From NCBI GenBank assembly GCA_040768745.1, contig JAXGMI010000001.1, positions 448,001-512,000 on the forward strand: 64,000 bases of DNA. The letters are read 5' to 3'. Below, piece after piece: positions 31,734 through 41,854 of this stretch (positions are counted from its first letter, which is position 1; every line of letters starts with the position of its first letter). The notes under the pieces are model-generated. The model had not been told where the DNA came from and searched no databases. It saw nothing but the letters and a program-made list of their open reading frames with translations. The DNA comes from Desulfomicrobium sp. Lineage in GTDB: Bacteria; Desulfobacterota; Desulfovibrionia; Desulfovibrionales; Desulfomicrobiaceae. A program made the translations under genes and the position numbers.

Positions 31734-31863
31734 AACTTCCCCCTCTTGTGATACGGTTAAAAAACAGCCCCAAACGCAACAGAAATTTGCTGTGCAAATT
31801 CCTAACACACCTCGCGGACAAAGGGTAGAATAATTTTTCTTCTGCGCCTTGGGAACTTCTGCG

Positions 31864-32544
31864 TCAGACCAGCGTGGCCGCTGTGCCGTCGTGTTCCATG
31901 ACCTGCAGGGATTCCGCGAAACGGGCGTGCAGATCGTCAAAGAGAAGGGGAATGCGGGCCCGGAAGGCGGCCATAAGGGGAAGCATGATCTGCCGCATCT
32001 GGGGATGGGCGGCCTTGTCGCAACGGAGTTTGAAAATATGCCGCCATTCTCTGATGTTGGCCGTGGTCACGATTTCGGTCTTGAGGCTGTTGGGCAGGAC
32101 ACTCCGCGCTTCCTGGGCCGTGGCGCCGGCTTCCACCAGGCGCAGATAGGCGTCCTCGCAGGCCTGCATGGCCGCAAGCCACAGGGCGTAACGCCGGTCA
32201 TCCTCTTTCCAGAAAAAAGGCCGGATGACCGTGATCTCGCTCCCGAACTTGTCGTGGGCGTAGTTGGCGTACCTGGTGCTCTCCTGAGAAAACGAGCACA
32301 GCCGGTGGCGGACCAGCTCGTGGGTCACTCCCCGATCGCAGACGATGCGCACGGTTACCGAGATGTGTTCGAGCACGCTGTCGTGCCCCAGCCGGACGAT
32401 CCGCTCCAACAACCTGCGGGCGGAATCGGCGTCGGCCTTGTCCTCGGACTTGTAGCAGGTCCGGGCGGCCAGCTCCAGATGACGCAGGACAAATTCCCCG
32501 CCCGGGAGGTGCATGAAGGAGAAACTCGGATCGATGACTTTCAT
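31864..32544 (-). CDS. thyX: FAD-dependent thymidylate synthase
   Basis: GHDSVLEH, THELVRHRLCSFSQESTRY, ARSVLP. Confidence 0.95.
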   Translation of the reverse strand: MKVIDPSFSFMHLPGGEFVLRHLELAARTCYKSEDKADADSARRLLERIVRLGHDSVLEHISVTVRIVCDRGVTHELVRHRLCSFSQESTRYANYAHDKFGSEITVIRPFFWKEDDRRYALWLAAMQACEDAYLRLVEAGATAQEARSVLPNSLKTEIVTTANIREWRHIFKLRCDKAAHPQMRQIMLPLMAAFRARIPLLFDDLHARFAESLQVMEHDGTAATLV

Positions 32545-32553
32545 GGTGCTTCC

Positions 32554-33525
32554 TTAGCTGCGCAGCTTGAGTCCGCCGTCGATATGCTGATAGGCCTTGG
32601 CCGTTACCACCCGCCCCCTGGGCGTGCGTTTCAGGAACCCGCACTGGATCAGGTACGGTTCGTAAATATCCTCGATGGTCCGCACTTCCTCGGAGCAGGC
32701 CGCCGCAATGGTCTTCACCCCCACTGGCCCGCCCCCAAAATTGTCGATGATGCACTCCAGGATCTTGCGGTCCATCATGTCCAGCCCCCGGGAATCCACA
32801 TCCATGATGTCCAGTCCCTTGGCCGCCACCGTGGCGTCGATGACCGCACACCCGGCCACCTGGGCATAGTCGGCCACCCTGCGCAAAAGCCGATTGGCGA
32901 TGCGCGGGGTGCCCCGGGATCGGCGCCCGATCTCCACGGCCCCCTCGCGGGAAATCTCCACGCCCAGGATGCGGGCCGCCCGGATGACGATCTGGGACAG
33001 TTCCGCGGGGTTGTAGAACTCCAGGCGGCAGATGACCCCGAAGCGGTCCCGCAGGGGCGAGGTCAAAAGTCCAATGCGGGTCGTGGCCCCGACCAGGGTG
33101 AAGGGCTCCAGCTCGATCTTGACCGTGCGCGCCCCAGGCCCCTGCCCGACAATGAGGTCCAGCTTGAAATCTTCCATGCCCGGATACAGGATCTCCTCCA
33201 CCACTGCGGGCAAACGGTGGATCTCGTCGATGAAAAGCAGATCGTGCCTGTTCAGGCTGGTCAGGATGGCGGCCAGGTCTCCGCTGCGCTCCAGCACCGG
33301 CCCGGAGGTGGAAATCAGGTTCACCCCCAGCTCGCTGGCCATGATCTGGGCCAGGGTGGTCTTGCCCAACCCGGGGTTCCCGTAGAGCAGGCAATGGTCC
33401 AGATGCTGGCCGCGTTCCTTGGCGGCCTGCAGATAGATTTTCAGATTCCCGCGCACATCGTCCTGACCGATGAAATCGTCCAGGGTCCGGGGCCGGATGT
33501 GTTCTTCGCTGGCGTTCAGACTCAT
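32554..33525 (-). CDS. ruvB: Holliday junction branch migration helicase
   Basis: [42 protein letters not shown]. Confidence 0.97.
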   Translation of the reverse strand: MSLNASEEHIRPRTLDDFIGQDDVRGNLKIYLQAAKERGQHLDHCLLYGNPGLGKTTLAQIMASELGVNLISTSGPVLERSGDLAAILTSLNRHDLLFIDEIHRLPAVVEEILYPGMEDFKLDLIVGQGPGARTVKIELEPFTLVGATTRIGLLTSPLRDRFGVICRLEFYNPAELSQIVIRAARILGVEISREGAVEIGRRSRGTPRIANRLLRRVADYAQVAGCAVIDATVAAKGLDIMDVDSRGLDMMDRKILECIIDNFGGGPVGVKTIAAACSEEVRTIEDIYEPYLIQCGFLKRTPRGRVVTAKAYQHIDGGLKLRS

Positions 33526-33526
33526 C

Positions 33527-34123
33527 TCATTTCGCGGCAAAGAGTTTGAGGGCCTGGCGGATGGCGCTGCCTGTGTCGAGATCCGCGTCGTTCTCGAAGA
33601 CCTGCCTGGTCACGTCTTCGGCCTCCTGCCGTCCGTAACCAAGGGAGAGCAGCGCGGACACGGTGTCGGCATAGGCTGAAACCGGAGCTGACGGGGAGGG
33701 CGACAGTGTCGCGCCAGACGCGGACATCTTGTCCTTCAGATCCAGGACCAGACGTTTGGCCGTCTTCAGCCCGATGCCCGGCACCCGGGCCAGGGAGGCT
33801 GCGTCCTCCTTGACCACGCACCCGGCCAGCTCCGATGGCGTGAACACGCCGAGCATGGCCAATGCCGTCTTGGGGCCCAGCTTGGGCGCGGACAGAAGCG
33901 TGGAGAAAGTCCGCTGCTCCTCCCAGGAAGCAAATCCGAAGAGGGCCAGGGCATCCTCGCGGACCAGGGTGTGCACGAACAGACGGGCGTTCTCGCCCGT
34001 ACTGGGCAGGGCCGACAGACCGCGCGTGGTCAGGAAAACCTTGTAGCCCACCCCGCCCTGGGTCAGGACCACGCACGAGTCCTCGTCATGGTGCAGGACG
34101 GTTCCTTCGAGATAGGCGATCAT
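33527..34123 (-). CDS. ruvA: Holliday junction DNA-binding protein
   Basis: [36 protein letters not shown]. Confidence 0.95.
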   Translation of the reverse strand: MIAYLEGTVLHHDEDSCVVLTQGGVGYKVFLTTRGLSALPSTGENARLFVHTLVREDALALFGFASWEEQRTFSTLLSAPKLGPKTALAMLGVFTPSELAGCVVKEDAASLARVPGIGLKTAKRLVLDLKDKMSASGATLSPSPSAPVSAYADTVSALLSLGYGRQEAEDVTRQVFENDADLDTGSAIRQALKLFAAK

Positions 34124-34132
34124 GGTCCTGAC

Positions 34133-34654
34133 CTATAACCGAGAAACACCGGCTTGACCAGCGGCCGCCGCCGCGAGGAAACGGCAATGGTTGTGGTGGC
34201 AGATGGCCACGGCCAGGGCGTCGCCGGCGTCCTCGGCCCAGTCCGGCCGCACTCCCAGGAGCTGGCCGACCATGAACGAGACCTGGGACTTCTCGGCCCG
34301 CCCCGCGCCGACCAGGGACTTCTTGACCAGGGTGGGCTCGTAGCCGAAGACCTCCACCCCGTGCACCCCGCAGGCGGCCAGGACCGCCCCGCGGGCCTGC
34401 CCGAGCTTGAGAGCCGAATCCGAATTGCGCGCAAAAAAAACATTCTCCACGGCCACGGCCTGTGGAGAATGGGTTTGCAGCAACTGCACGACGCGGGAGT
34501 ACATCAGGCCCAGCCTGGCGCTCATGGATTCCCCGTCCGGGCGGACAGTGCCGGCCTCCACCAGGGTCAGGACTCCGGAACGCTCCCGGACCAGACCATA
34601 GCCCATGCACCGGGAGCCGGGATCGATGCCGAGAACGAGGCGGTCATGGGGCAT
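34133..34654 (-). CDS. ruvC: Crossover junction endodeoxyribonuclease
   Basis: LGIDPG, AVENVF, KLGQARG, DAGDALAVAICH. Confidence 0.96.
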   Translation of the reverse strand: MPHDRLVLGIDPGSRCMGYGLVRERSGVLTLVEAGTVRPDGESMSARLGLMYSRVVQLLQTHSPQAVAVENVFFARNSDSALKLGQARGAVLAACGVHGVEVFGYEPTLVKKSLVGAGRAEKSQVSFMVGQLLGVRPDWAEDAGDALAVAICHHNHCRFLAAAAAGQAGVSRL

Positions 34655-34659
34655 GGCCC

Positions 34660-35400
34660 TTACATCTCGGCCAGAAGTTCAGGAGGCAGTTCGAAATTCG
34701 CGTAGACGTTCTGCACGTCGTCGTTGTCGTCCAGCGCGTCGTAGAGCCTCAGGACCTTGCGTCCTGTCTCCACGTCCACGGCCACGGTATTCTGCGGGAT
34801 GCGGTTCAGTTCTGCGCTCAGAAACTGGATGCCCGCCGCCTCGAAGGCGGCCCTGGCTGTCTGGAAGTCCTCCACGGCGCACTGGACCTGCCAGGAATCG
34901 TCGTCGTCCAGCACGTCCTCGATCCCGGCCTCGATCCCCACTTCCAGAAGCTGGTCCTCGGAGTACTTTTCCTTGTCAAAGGAGAACACGCCCTTCTTGT
35001 CGAACATCCAGGCCACGCACCCGGCCGCGCCCATGGACCCGCCGTTCTTGCTCAGGATGTGGCGGACCTCGGCCACGGTCCTGTTCTTGTTGTCCGTCAC
35101 AGCCTCGACCAGAATGGCGACTCCGCCGGGCGCATAGCCCTCGTAGGTGATCTCTTCCAGGGCTTCCGACGCCAGTTCGCCCGTGCCCTTCTTGATGGCC
35201 GTGTCGATCTTGTCCTTGGGCAGGTTGACCGCCTTGGCCGCGTCAATGGCGGCGCGCAGCCGGGCATTCATGTCCGGGTCCCCGCCGCCCTTGGCCGCCA
35301 GGATGATTTCCTTGGTCACTTTGGTGAAAACCTTGCCCCTCTTGGCATCCTGGCGTCCCTTGCGGTGCTGGATGTTCTTCCATTTACTGTGTCCTGCCAT
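34660..35400 (-). CDS. yebC: YebC/PmpR-family protein
   Basis: MAGHSKWKNIQHRKG, YEGYAPGG, DDVQNVYAN. Confidence 0.96.
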   Translation of the reverse strand: MAGHSKWKNIQHRKGRQDAKRGKVFTKVTKEIILAAKGGGDPDMNARLRAAIDAAKAVNLPKDKIDTAIKKGTGELASEALEEITYEGYAPGGVAILVEAVTDNKNRTVAEVRHILSKNGGSMGAAGCVAWMFDKKGVFSFDKEKYSEDQLLEVGIEAGIEDVLDDDDSWQVQCAVEDFQTARAAFEAAGIQFLSAELNRIPQNTVAVDVETGRKVLRLYDALDDNDDVQNVYANFELPPELLAEM

Positions 35401-35417
35401 GTCGTCCTCCAAAAAAA

Positions 35418-36041
35418 TTATGTGGCTATTGTTCCCCGCTCAGCGGGGGCGAAACCCAGGCCCAGGATGAAGATTTCCTTGCTCTCTGCCCGGCTGCTCT
35501 TGGGTTTGACCATGCCCACCTTGGCAAATCTTGGCCGCAGGGTCTGCACGAAGGGCTGCACGTCCGGCCCCTCGAAGACCTTGGCGATGAACGTGCCGCC
35601 CGCGGCGAGCCATTCCTCGGCCACGGCAAAGGCCGCCTCCACCAGCTGGATGGAGCGGGCCTGATCGGTGAACCTGGAGCCCGTGGTCTTGGGCGCCATG
35701 TCGCTCATGACCACGTCGAACGGACCCAGCTCACGCAGATGCCCGAGAAACAGGGGCGAACGGGCGAAGATGTCTTCCTGCAGAAAAATCACCTGGGCCG
35801 GAAACGCCGTGTCAGGCATGTTCAGGTCGATGCCGAGCACCCGTCCGCCCGGACCAACCCGTTCAGCCGCGTACAGGGTCCAGGAACCCGGACAGGCCCC
35901 CAGATCGAGCACCTTCTGTCCGGCCCGCAGCAGCTTGTGCGCCTTGTCCATTTCCTGCAGCTTGTAAACGGAACGGGCGGGATAGTTTTCCTGTTTGGCC
36001 TTTTTGAAATAGTAATCGCGGTATTGTTTCATGCGTTCCAT
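35418..36041 (-). CDS. rlmE: 23S rRNA 2'-O-methyltransferase RlmE/FtsJ
   Basis: ARSVYKL, LDLGACPGSW, SDMAP, KPKSSRAESKE. Confidence 0.94.
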   Translation of the reverse strand: MERMKQYRDYYFKKAKQENYPARSVYKLQEMDKAHKLLRAGQKVLDLGACPGSWTLYAAERVGPGGRVLGIDLNMPDTAFPAQVIFLQEDIFARSPLFLGHLRELGPFDVVMSDMAPKTTGSRFTDQARSIQLVEAAFAVAEEWLAAGGTFIAKVFEGPDVQPFVQTLRPRFAKVGMVKPKSSRAESKEIFILGLGFAPAERGTIAT

Positions 36042-36477
36042 GACCGGGCGGCACCCCGACGGCCCGAGCGAGCGCCTTCATGCCAGCCGGCCCTGCAGGT
36101 GTAAAGATGAAAATCAGGCATGGTTTCTCTACATCGCTCCCCGGGAGAGAGCAATATCCCGGACTTTTGGCCCAGGGCTGGCCGGGTCTCTCCGCCTCAC
36201 GTGGCCCGGACTGTCTGGCGAAAATCCGGCCCCGCTCCAAGGCCTGCCACATGCCCATCCGCCGTGTGGCAGGCACGGGTCACAGGGGTGACGAACCGAT
36301 GATGCAGGCCGGGACCGACCCGCCCGGCACCGTGCTTCGAGGGAGATCTTCCTTGTCTTCCTCCCCTCTCTTTCGGATGCCGGGTGGCGGCGGCCACTTG
36401 CCACCCATTTCTCTATGGTTATAGATTTCAGCCCGCAAGAAATTCCCTGCGGCCCAAAATTCTGCCCAGAGCCTGCC

Positions 36478-39219
36478 ATGCATACCAAAGTCATCCACAT
36501 TGCCGGAGCGCGCGAACACAACCTGAAGAACCTGACCCTGGACATCCCCCGGGACCAGCTCGTGGTGGTCTGCGGCCCCTCCGGCTCGGGCAAATCCACC
36601 CTGGCCTTCGACATCGTCTATGCCGAGGGCCAGCGCCGTTACGTGGAGTCCCTTTCGGCCTACGCCCGGCAGTTTCTGCCCCAGATGGACAAGCCGGCCA
36701 TCGACCTCATCGAGGGACTGACCCCGGCCATTTCCCTGGAGCAGCAGACCGTGTCCAGGAATCCCCGCTCCACCGTGGGCACGGTCACGGAAATCCACGA
36801 CTTTCTGCGCGTCTTCTACGCGCGCCTGGGCGTGCCCTCCTGCCCGGTCTGCGGCGACCCCATCCAGGCCCAGACCACCGACGAAATCATCGCCCGCATC
36901 CTGGACCTGCCCGAAGGGACCAGATTCATGCTCCTGGCCCCCCTGGTGAGCCACAAAAAGGGCACCCACGCCGATCTGTTCAAGAAGCTCAAGTCCCAGG
37001 GATTCGCCCGGGTGCGGGTCAACGGCGAGGTCGCGCCCCTGGATCCCATGCCTGAGCTGGCCAAGAACCTGAAGCACTGCGTGGACCTGGTCGTGGACCG
37101 GCTCGTGCTGAAGCCCGACATCCGCAAACGCCTGGCCGATTCCGTGGAACTGGGCATCAAGGCCGGGGACGGGCGGATCGTGGCCGCGGTCGTGGACGGG
37201 GAGGAGATCTTCTTTTCCACCGAGGCGGTCTGCCCCAGGTGCAGCATCAGCCTGCCCAAACCCAGCCCCCAGCTCTTCTCCTTCAACGCCCCCCAGGGCG
37301 CCTGCCCGCACTGCGCGGGTCTCGGAACCGTGGAGTACTACGAGCCGTCCCTCCTGGCCCCCAACAACGGGTTGTCCCTGCGCCAGGGGGCCGTCCTGCC
37401 CTGGAGGGGACGCGGCCTTGACCGGGTCGCCCCGGGACTGGAAGCCCTGGGCCAGGAATTGGGGTTCACCCTGGACACCTCCCTGGGCGATTTCTCCGCC
37501 CCGGCCCGCCACGCCCTCTTCCATGGCCACGCATCCTGGCCCGGCGTGATCCACTTCCTGGAACAGGGGCAGAACCTGGGCTCCATCTGGCGGGACGAAC
37601 TGGCCCGCTTCCGCCAGACCATGGACTGCCCGGCCTGCCGGGGAGCGCGGCTCAGGCCCGAATCCCTGGCCGTGCGCATCGACGGGCTGAATATTTTCGA
37701 GTTCTGCTCCCTGCCCATTTCCCGGGCCCTGGCCTGGCTGGAGGGACGGACGTTCAGCGGCGTGGCCGCCGAAATCGCCACCCCCCTCCTGAAGGAGCTG
37801 CGCCATCGTCTGGAATTTCTGGTCAACGTCGGCCTGGAGTACATCAGCCTGGCCCGGAACATGTCCACCCTGTCCGGCGGCGAGGCCCAGCGCATCCGCC
37901 TGGCCGGGCAGCTGGGATCCGGGCTGGTCGGGGTGACCTACGTGCTGGACGAGCCGAGCATCGGCCTGCACCCGCGGGACAACCAGCGCCTGATCAACAC
38001 CCTGCGCCAGCTTCAGGGCCGGGGCAACACGGTCCTGGTGGTGGAGCACGACGAGCCGACCATCCGGGCCGCCGACCACGTGCTGGAGCTGGGCCCAGGG
38101 TCGGGCCTTCTCGGCGGAGAGCTGGTTTTCAGCGGCACCCCGCGCGAACTGGTGGAAAAGTCGTCCTCCCTGACCGGCAAATACCTGCGCGGAGACCTGC
38201 GCATCGCCCGTCCCCCCCGGCGCAGGGTGTCCCGCCGGCGCATCACCCTGCGCGGGGTGACCACCAACAACCTGCGCGACATCGACGCCTCTTTCCCCCT
38301 GGACGCCCTGGTCTGCATCACCGGGGTTTCCGGTTCCGGCAAGAGCTCCCTGGTCATGGACAGCCTGTACAAGCACCTGGCCCTGGCCCAGGGCCTGAAA
38401 GTCGAGTCCCCCGGGTCCATCAAGGGCATGGATGGTGCCGAGGCGGTGGAGAAGGTCATCTCCATCGACCAGAGCCCCATCGGACGCACGCCCCGCTCCA
38501 ACCCGGCCACCTACACCAAGGTCTTCGACGAGATCCGGGACATCTTCGCCGGCAGCAAGGATGCCAAGAAGCGCGGATACGCCCCTGGCCGGTTCAGCTT
38601 CAACGTGCGCGGCGGCCGGTGCGAGGCCTGTCAGGGGGACGGGCAGATCCGGGTGGAGATGCATTTCCTGCCCGACGTCTTCGTCACCTGCGAGGTGTGC
38701 GGGGGGAAGCGCTACAACCGCGAAACCTTGGACATCCTGTACCGGGACAAATCCATCGCCGACGTGCTGGACATGTCCGTCAGCGAGGCGCGGGCCTTTT
38801 TCGCCAACCATCCGGCCCTGGAGCGCAGGCTCGGGGTGCTGGAAGAGGTGGGTCTGGAGTACATCCGCCTGGGCCAGCCGGCCACCACCCTGTCCGGCGG
38901 CGAGGCCCAGCGCATCAAGCTCTCCCGTGAACTGGGCAAGCGCAGCCTGCCCGGCACCCTGTACATCCTGGACGAGCCGACCACGGGCCTGCACATGCAC
39001 GAGGTCGGCAAGCTCATCGCCGTCCTGCACTCTCTGGTGGACAAGGGCGCGTCGGTGATCGTCATCGAGCACAACCTGGACGTGGTGGCCGCCGCCGACC
39101 ATGTCATGGACCTGGGCCCCGGCGGCGGCGACAACGGCGGGATCATCGTGGCCCAGGGCACGCCGGAGGAATTGCGCAACAACTCCGGCTCCATCACCGG
39201 GCCTTTCCTGGCCCTGTAG
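36478..39219 (+). CDS. uvrA: Excinuclease ABC subunit A
   Basis: GAREHNLKN, two Walker A motifs (GPSGSGKS, GVSGSGKS), two LSGGEAQR, zinc fingers. Confidence 0.97.
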   Translation: MHTKVIHIAGAREHNLKNLTLDIPRDQLVVVCGPSGSGKSTLAFDIVYAEGQRRYVESLSAYARQFLPQMDKPAIDLIEGLTPAISLEQQTVSRNPRSTVGTVTEIHDFLRVFYARLGVPSCPVCGDPIQAQTTDEIIARILDLPEGTRFMLLAPLVSHKKGTHADLFKKLKSQGFARVRVNGEVAPLDPMPELAKNLKHCVDLVVDRLVLKPDIRKRLADSVELGIKAGDGRIVAAVVDGEEIFFSTEAVCPRCSISLPKPSPQLFSFNAPQGACPHCAGLGTVEYYEPSLLAPNNGLSLRQGAVLPWRGRGLDRVAPGLEALGQELGFTLDTSLGDFSAPARHALFHGHASWPGVIHFLEQGQNLGSIWRDELARFRQTMDCPACRGARLRPESLAVRIDGLNIFEFCSLPISRALAWLEGRTFSGVAAEIATPLLKELRHRLEFLVNVGLEYISLARNMSTLSGGEAQRIRLAGQLGSGLVGVTYVLDEPSIGLHPRDNQRLINTLRQLQGRGNTVLVVEHDEPTIRAADHVLELGPGSGLLGGELVFSGTPRELVEKSSSLTGKYLRGDLRIARPPRRRVSRRRITLRGVTTNNLRDIDASFPLDALVCITGVSGSGKSSLVMDSLYKHLALAQGLKVESPGSIKGMDGAEAVEKVISIDQSPIGRTPRSNPATYTKVFDEIRDIFAGSKDAKKRGYAPGRFSFNVRGGRCEACQGDGQIRVEMHFLPDVFVTCEVCGGKRYNRETLDILYRDKSIADVLDMSVSEARAFFANHPALERRLGVLEEVGLEYIRLGQPATTLSGGEAQRIKLSRELGKRSLPGTLYILDEPTTGLHMHEVGKLIAVLHSLVDKGASVIVIEHNLDVVAAADHVMDLGPGGGDNGGIIVAQGTPEELRNNSGSITGPFLAL

Positions 39220-39294
39220 CCGCATGTCCCCCCATACGGAGAAAGGCGGCCAGGTTCCCCCGGTCGCCTTCCCTTCCGTCCGATCCGCCCATCC

Positions 39295-40278
39295 TCAATA
39301 CCGGGAGGTCAAGTGGGCCGATCCCCGCATCAGGTAGTTGTGCACATAGTCCTGCACGCCCTCTTCCAGGGAGCCGAAACCCACGTCGCATCCCCGTCCG
39401 GCCAGCTTGGTCAGGTCGGCGCAGGTGTAGTACTGGTACTTGTCCCGGATTGATTCGGGCATGTCCACGTATTCGATCCGCGGCTCCCGGCCCATGGCCG
39501 CGAACACGGCCCGGGCCAGATCGTTCCAGGTCCGGGCCTGTCCCGTGCCCACGTTGAAGATCCCGCCCACGTCCGGACGCTTGAGCAGCCAGTCCATGAC
39601 CCGCACGCAGTCCTTGATGTACACGAAGTCCCGGCGCTGCTCGCCGTCGGCGTAGTCGGGCCGGTGGGACCTGAACAGCTGCAGCCGTCCTGTCTGGCTG
39701 ATCTGGGCAAAGGCCTTGCAGACCACGGACTTCATGTCGCCCTTGTGGTACTCGTTGGGTCCGAACACGTTGAAGAACTTCAGGCCGGCCACCTTGTCCA
39801 GCAGCTTTTCGCGGGCCAGCCACAGGTCGAACAGGTGCTTGGAATAGCCGTACATGTTCATGGGCTGCAATGCGTCCATGACCTCGTCGGCGTCGTCAAA
39901 GCCCCGGCTGCCGTCCCCATAGGTGGCGGCGGAGCTGGCGTGGATGAACCGGGCCCCGTGCATCTGAGCAAAACGGCACATGGCCTTGGAGTACTCCAGA
40001 TTGTTGCGCATGAGGTAGTCGCAATCGGTTTCCGTGGTGGAGGAGCAGGCCCCCATGTGGATGACCGCCTCGATGGAACCCTCCTGGTCCAGGGTGTGCA
40101 GATTGGCCAGGAAGGCATCCTTGTGCGCGTAGCGCAGATAGGACAGGCCGACCAGGTTCCGCCACTTCATGCTGGTGGACAGGTTGTCCACCACCACGAT
40201 GTCCGTGTACCCCTGCCGGTTCAGCTCCCAGACCATGGCGCTGCCGATGAATCCCGCGCCGCCGGTGATGATGATCAT
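39295..40278 (-). CDS. hldD: ADP-L-glycero-D-manno-heptose 6-epimerase
   Basis: ITGGAGFIGS, HMGACSSTTE, ASSAATYG, YGYSK, FNVFGPNEYHKG.M, YQYYT.AD. Confidence 0.94.
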   Translation of the reverse strand: MIIITGGAGFIGSAMVWELNRQGYTDIVVVDNLSTSMKWRNLVGLSYLRYAHKDAFLANLHTLDQEGSIEAVIHMGACSSTTETDCDYLMRNNLEYSKAMCRFAQMHGARFIHASSAATYGDGSRGFDDADEVMDALQPMNMYGYSKHLFDLWLAREKLLDKVAGLKFFNVFGPNEYHKGDMKSVVCKAFAQISQTGRLQLFRSHRPDYADGEQRRDFVYIKDCVRVMDWLLKRPDVGGIFNVGTGQARTWNDLARAVFAAMGREPRIEYVDMPESIRDKYQYYTCADLTKLAGRGCDVGFGSLEEGVQDYVHNYLMRGSAHLTSRY

Positions 40279-40424
40279 AGCCCCTCCTTGAAGGAGGGTT
40301 CAACCTAGCCGGATTTCGGCATGGCGGCAAGGGCGGCCGGCGCACCACTCTGGAAAACCTTGGATTTTGGAACTTCTTTGGCTACAGTGCCTCTTTCCTT
40401 TCACCCTCTGTCTGAGGAGCGTTC

Positions 40425-41066
40425 ATGCTCGCCATCCTGGACTACGAGGCTGGCAATCTGACCAGCGTCAAGCGGGCCCTGGACCATCTGTCCATCCCGG
40501 CCACCATCACGGCGGAAAAGGGCGTCATTGCCCGCAGCCAGGGCCTCATCTTTCCCGGCGTGGGGGCTGCCGGGTCGGCCATGGCCAACCTGCGCCGGTC
40601 CGGCCTGGACATGGTTATGGCCGCGGAAATCGCGGCCGGCAAGCCCATGCTGGGCATCTGCCTGGGCTGCCAGATCCTCCTGGACTACAGCCCTGAAAAC
40701 GACACCCCCACCCTGGGCCTCATCCCTGGCCAATGCGGCGTGTTCACCCCGGACCTGACCGAGGAGGACGGCCTGCCCATCAACATCCCGCACATGGGCT
40801 GGAACACGGTAAAGCTGAAAAAGGAATGCCGCCTTTTCGCCGGAATCGCGCCCGAGAGCGAATTCTATTTCGTGCACAGCTTTTTCCCGGCTCCTGACCC
40901 GGAATTCGTCATCGGCACGACCCGATACGGCCGGGAATTCTGCTCCGTCCACGGCCGCGACGGGCTGTGGGCCACCCAGTTCCACCCGGAGAAGAGCGGC
41001 CGCCCTGGCCTGCAGCTGCTCTCCAACTTCTTCGCGTACTGCCGGGAGGTGGCCCATGCTCAGTAA
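40425..41066 (+). CDS. hisH: Imidazole glycerol phosphate synthase glutaminase subunit
   Basis: GNLTSV, PGVG, GICLG, PHMGWN, YFVHS, QFHPEKS. Confidence 0.96.
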   Translation: MLAILDYEAGNLTSVKRALDHLSIPATITAEKGVIARSQGLIFPGVGAAGSAMANLRRSGLDMVMAAEIAAGKPMLGICLGCQILLDYSPENDTPTLGLIPGQCGVFTPDLTEEDGLPINIPHMGWNTVKLKKECRLFAGIAPESEFYFVHSFFPAPDPEFVIGTTRYGREFCSVHGRDGLWATQFHPEKSGRPGLQLLSNFFAYCREVAHAQ

Positions 41067-41835
41067 GCGTGTCATCCCCTGCCTGGACGTGCGCAACGGC
41101 AAATTGACCAAGGGCGTCAAGTTCCTGGGCAACGTGGACATCGGCGACCCCGTGGAGACGGCCCGCTGCTACTACGAGGATGGGGCCGACGAGATCGTCT
41201 TCTACGACATCACCGCGTCCCACGAAGGCCGGGGCATCATGCTCAAAGTCGTGGAGCGGGTGGCCTCCCAGATCTTCATCCCCTTTTCCGTGGGGGGCGG
41301 CATCTCCACCGTGGCCGACATGCGCGACGTGCTCCTGGCCGGGGCGGAGAAAATCTCGGTCAACTCCGCGGCCGTGAAGACCCCGCACATCATTTCCGAT
41401 GGCGCGGCGGCCTTCGGGTCCCAGTGCATCGTCGTCGGCATGGACGTGCTGCGCGTGCCCACAAGCGAGGCCATCCCCTCGGGCTACGAGATCGTCATCC
41501 ACGGCGGCCGCAGGCACATGGGCATCGACGCCCTGTGGTGGGCCCGGGAGGTGGAGCGGCTGGGCGCGGGGGAGCTGTGCATCAATTCCATCGACGCCGA
41601 CGGCACCAAGGACGGGTACGAGCTGACCCTGACCCGGCTCATCGCCGACAGCGTGCGCATCCCGGTCATCGCCTCGGGCGGGGCGGGCACCCCCCAGCAC
41701 ATGGTCGACGCCGTGACGGCGGGCAGGGCCTCGGCCGCCCTGATCGCCTCCATCGTGCACTACGGGGAATACACGGTGGCGGACTTGAAGGCCTTCATGG
41801 CCCGGCAAGGAGTCAAGGTGCGGCAGGTCTGGTAG
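41056..41835 (+). CDS. hisF: Imidazole glycerol phosphate synthase cyclase subunit
   Basis: [37 protein letters not shown]. Confidence 0.97.
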   Translation: MLSKRVIPCLDVRNGKLTKGVKFLGNVDIGDPVETARCYYEDGADEIVFYDITASHEGRGIMLKVVERVASQIFIPFSVGGGISTVADMRDVLLAGAEKISVNSAAVKTPHIISDGAAAFGSQCIVVGMDVLRVPTSEAIPSGYEIVIHGGRRHMGIDALWWAREVERLGAGELCINSIDADGTKDGYELTLTRLIADSVRIPVIASGGAGTPQHMVDAVTAGRASAALIASIVHYGEYTVADLKAFMARQGVKVRQVW

Positions 41836-41854
41836 CCTGCCGCGGCGGCCTCAC

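Noticed and set aside
36280..39225. Long antisense ORFs here and at 31849-33549, 52790-54613 and 56095-60588
   Set aside because: They lie opposite well-supported genes, as is typical of high-GC codon bias, and show no motifs.
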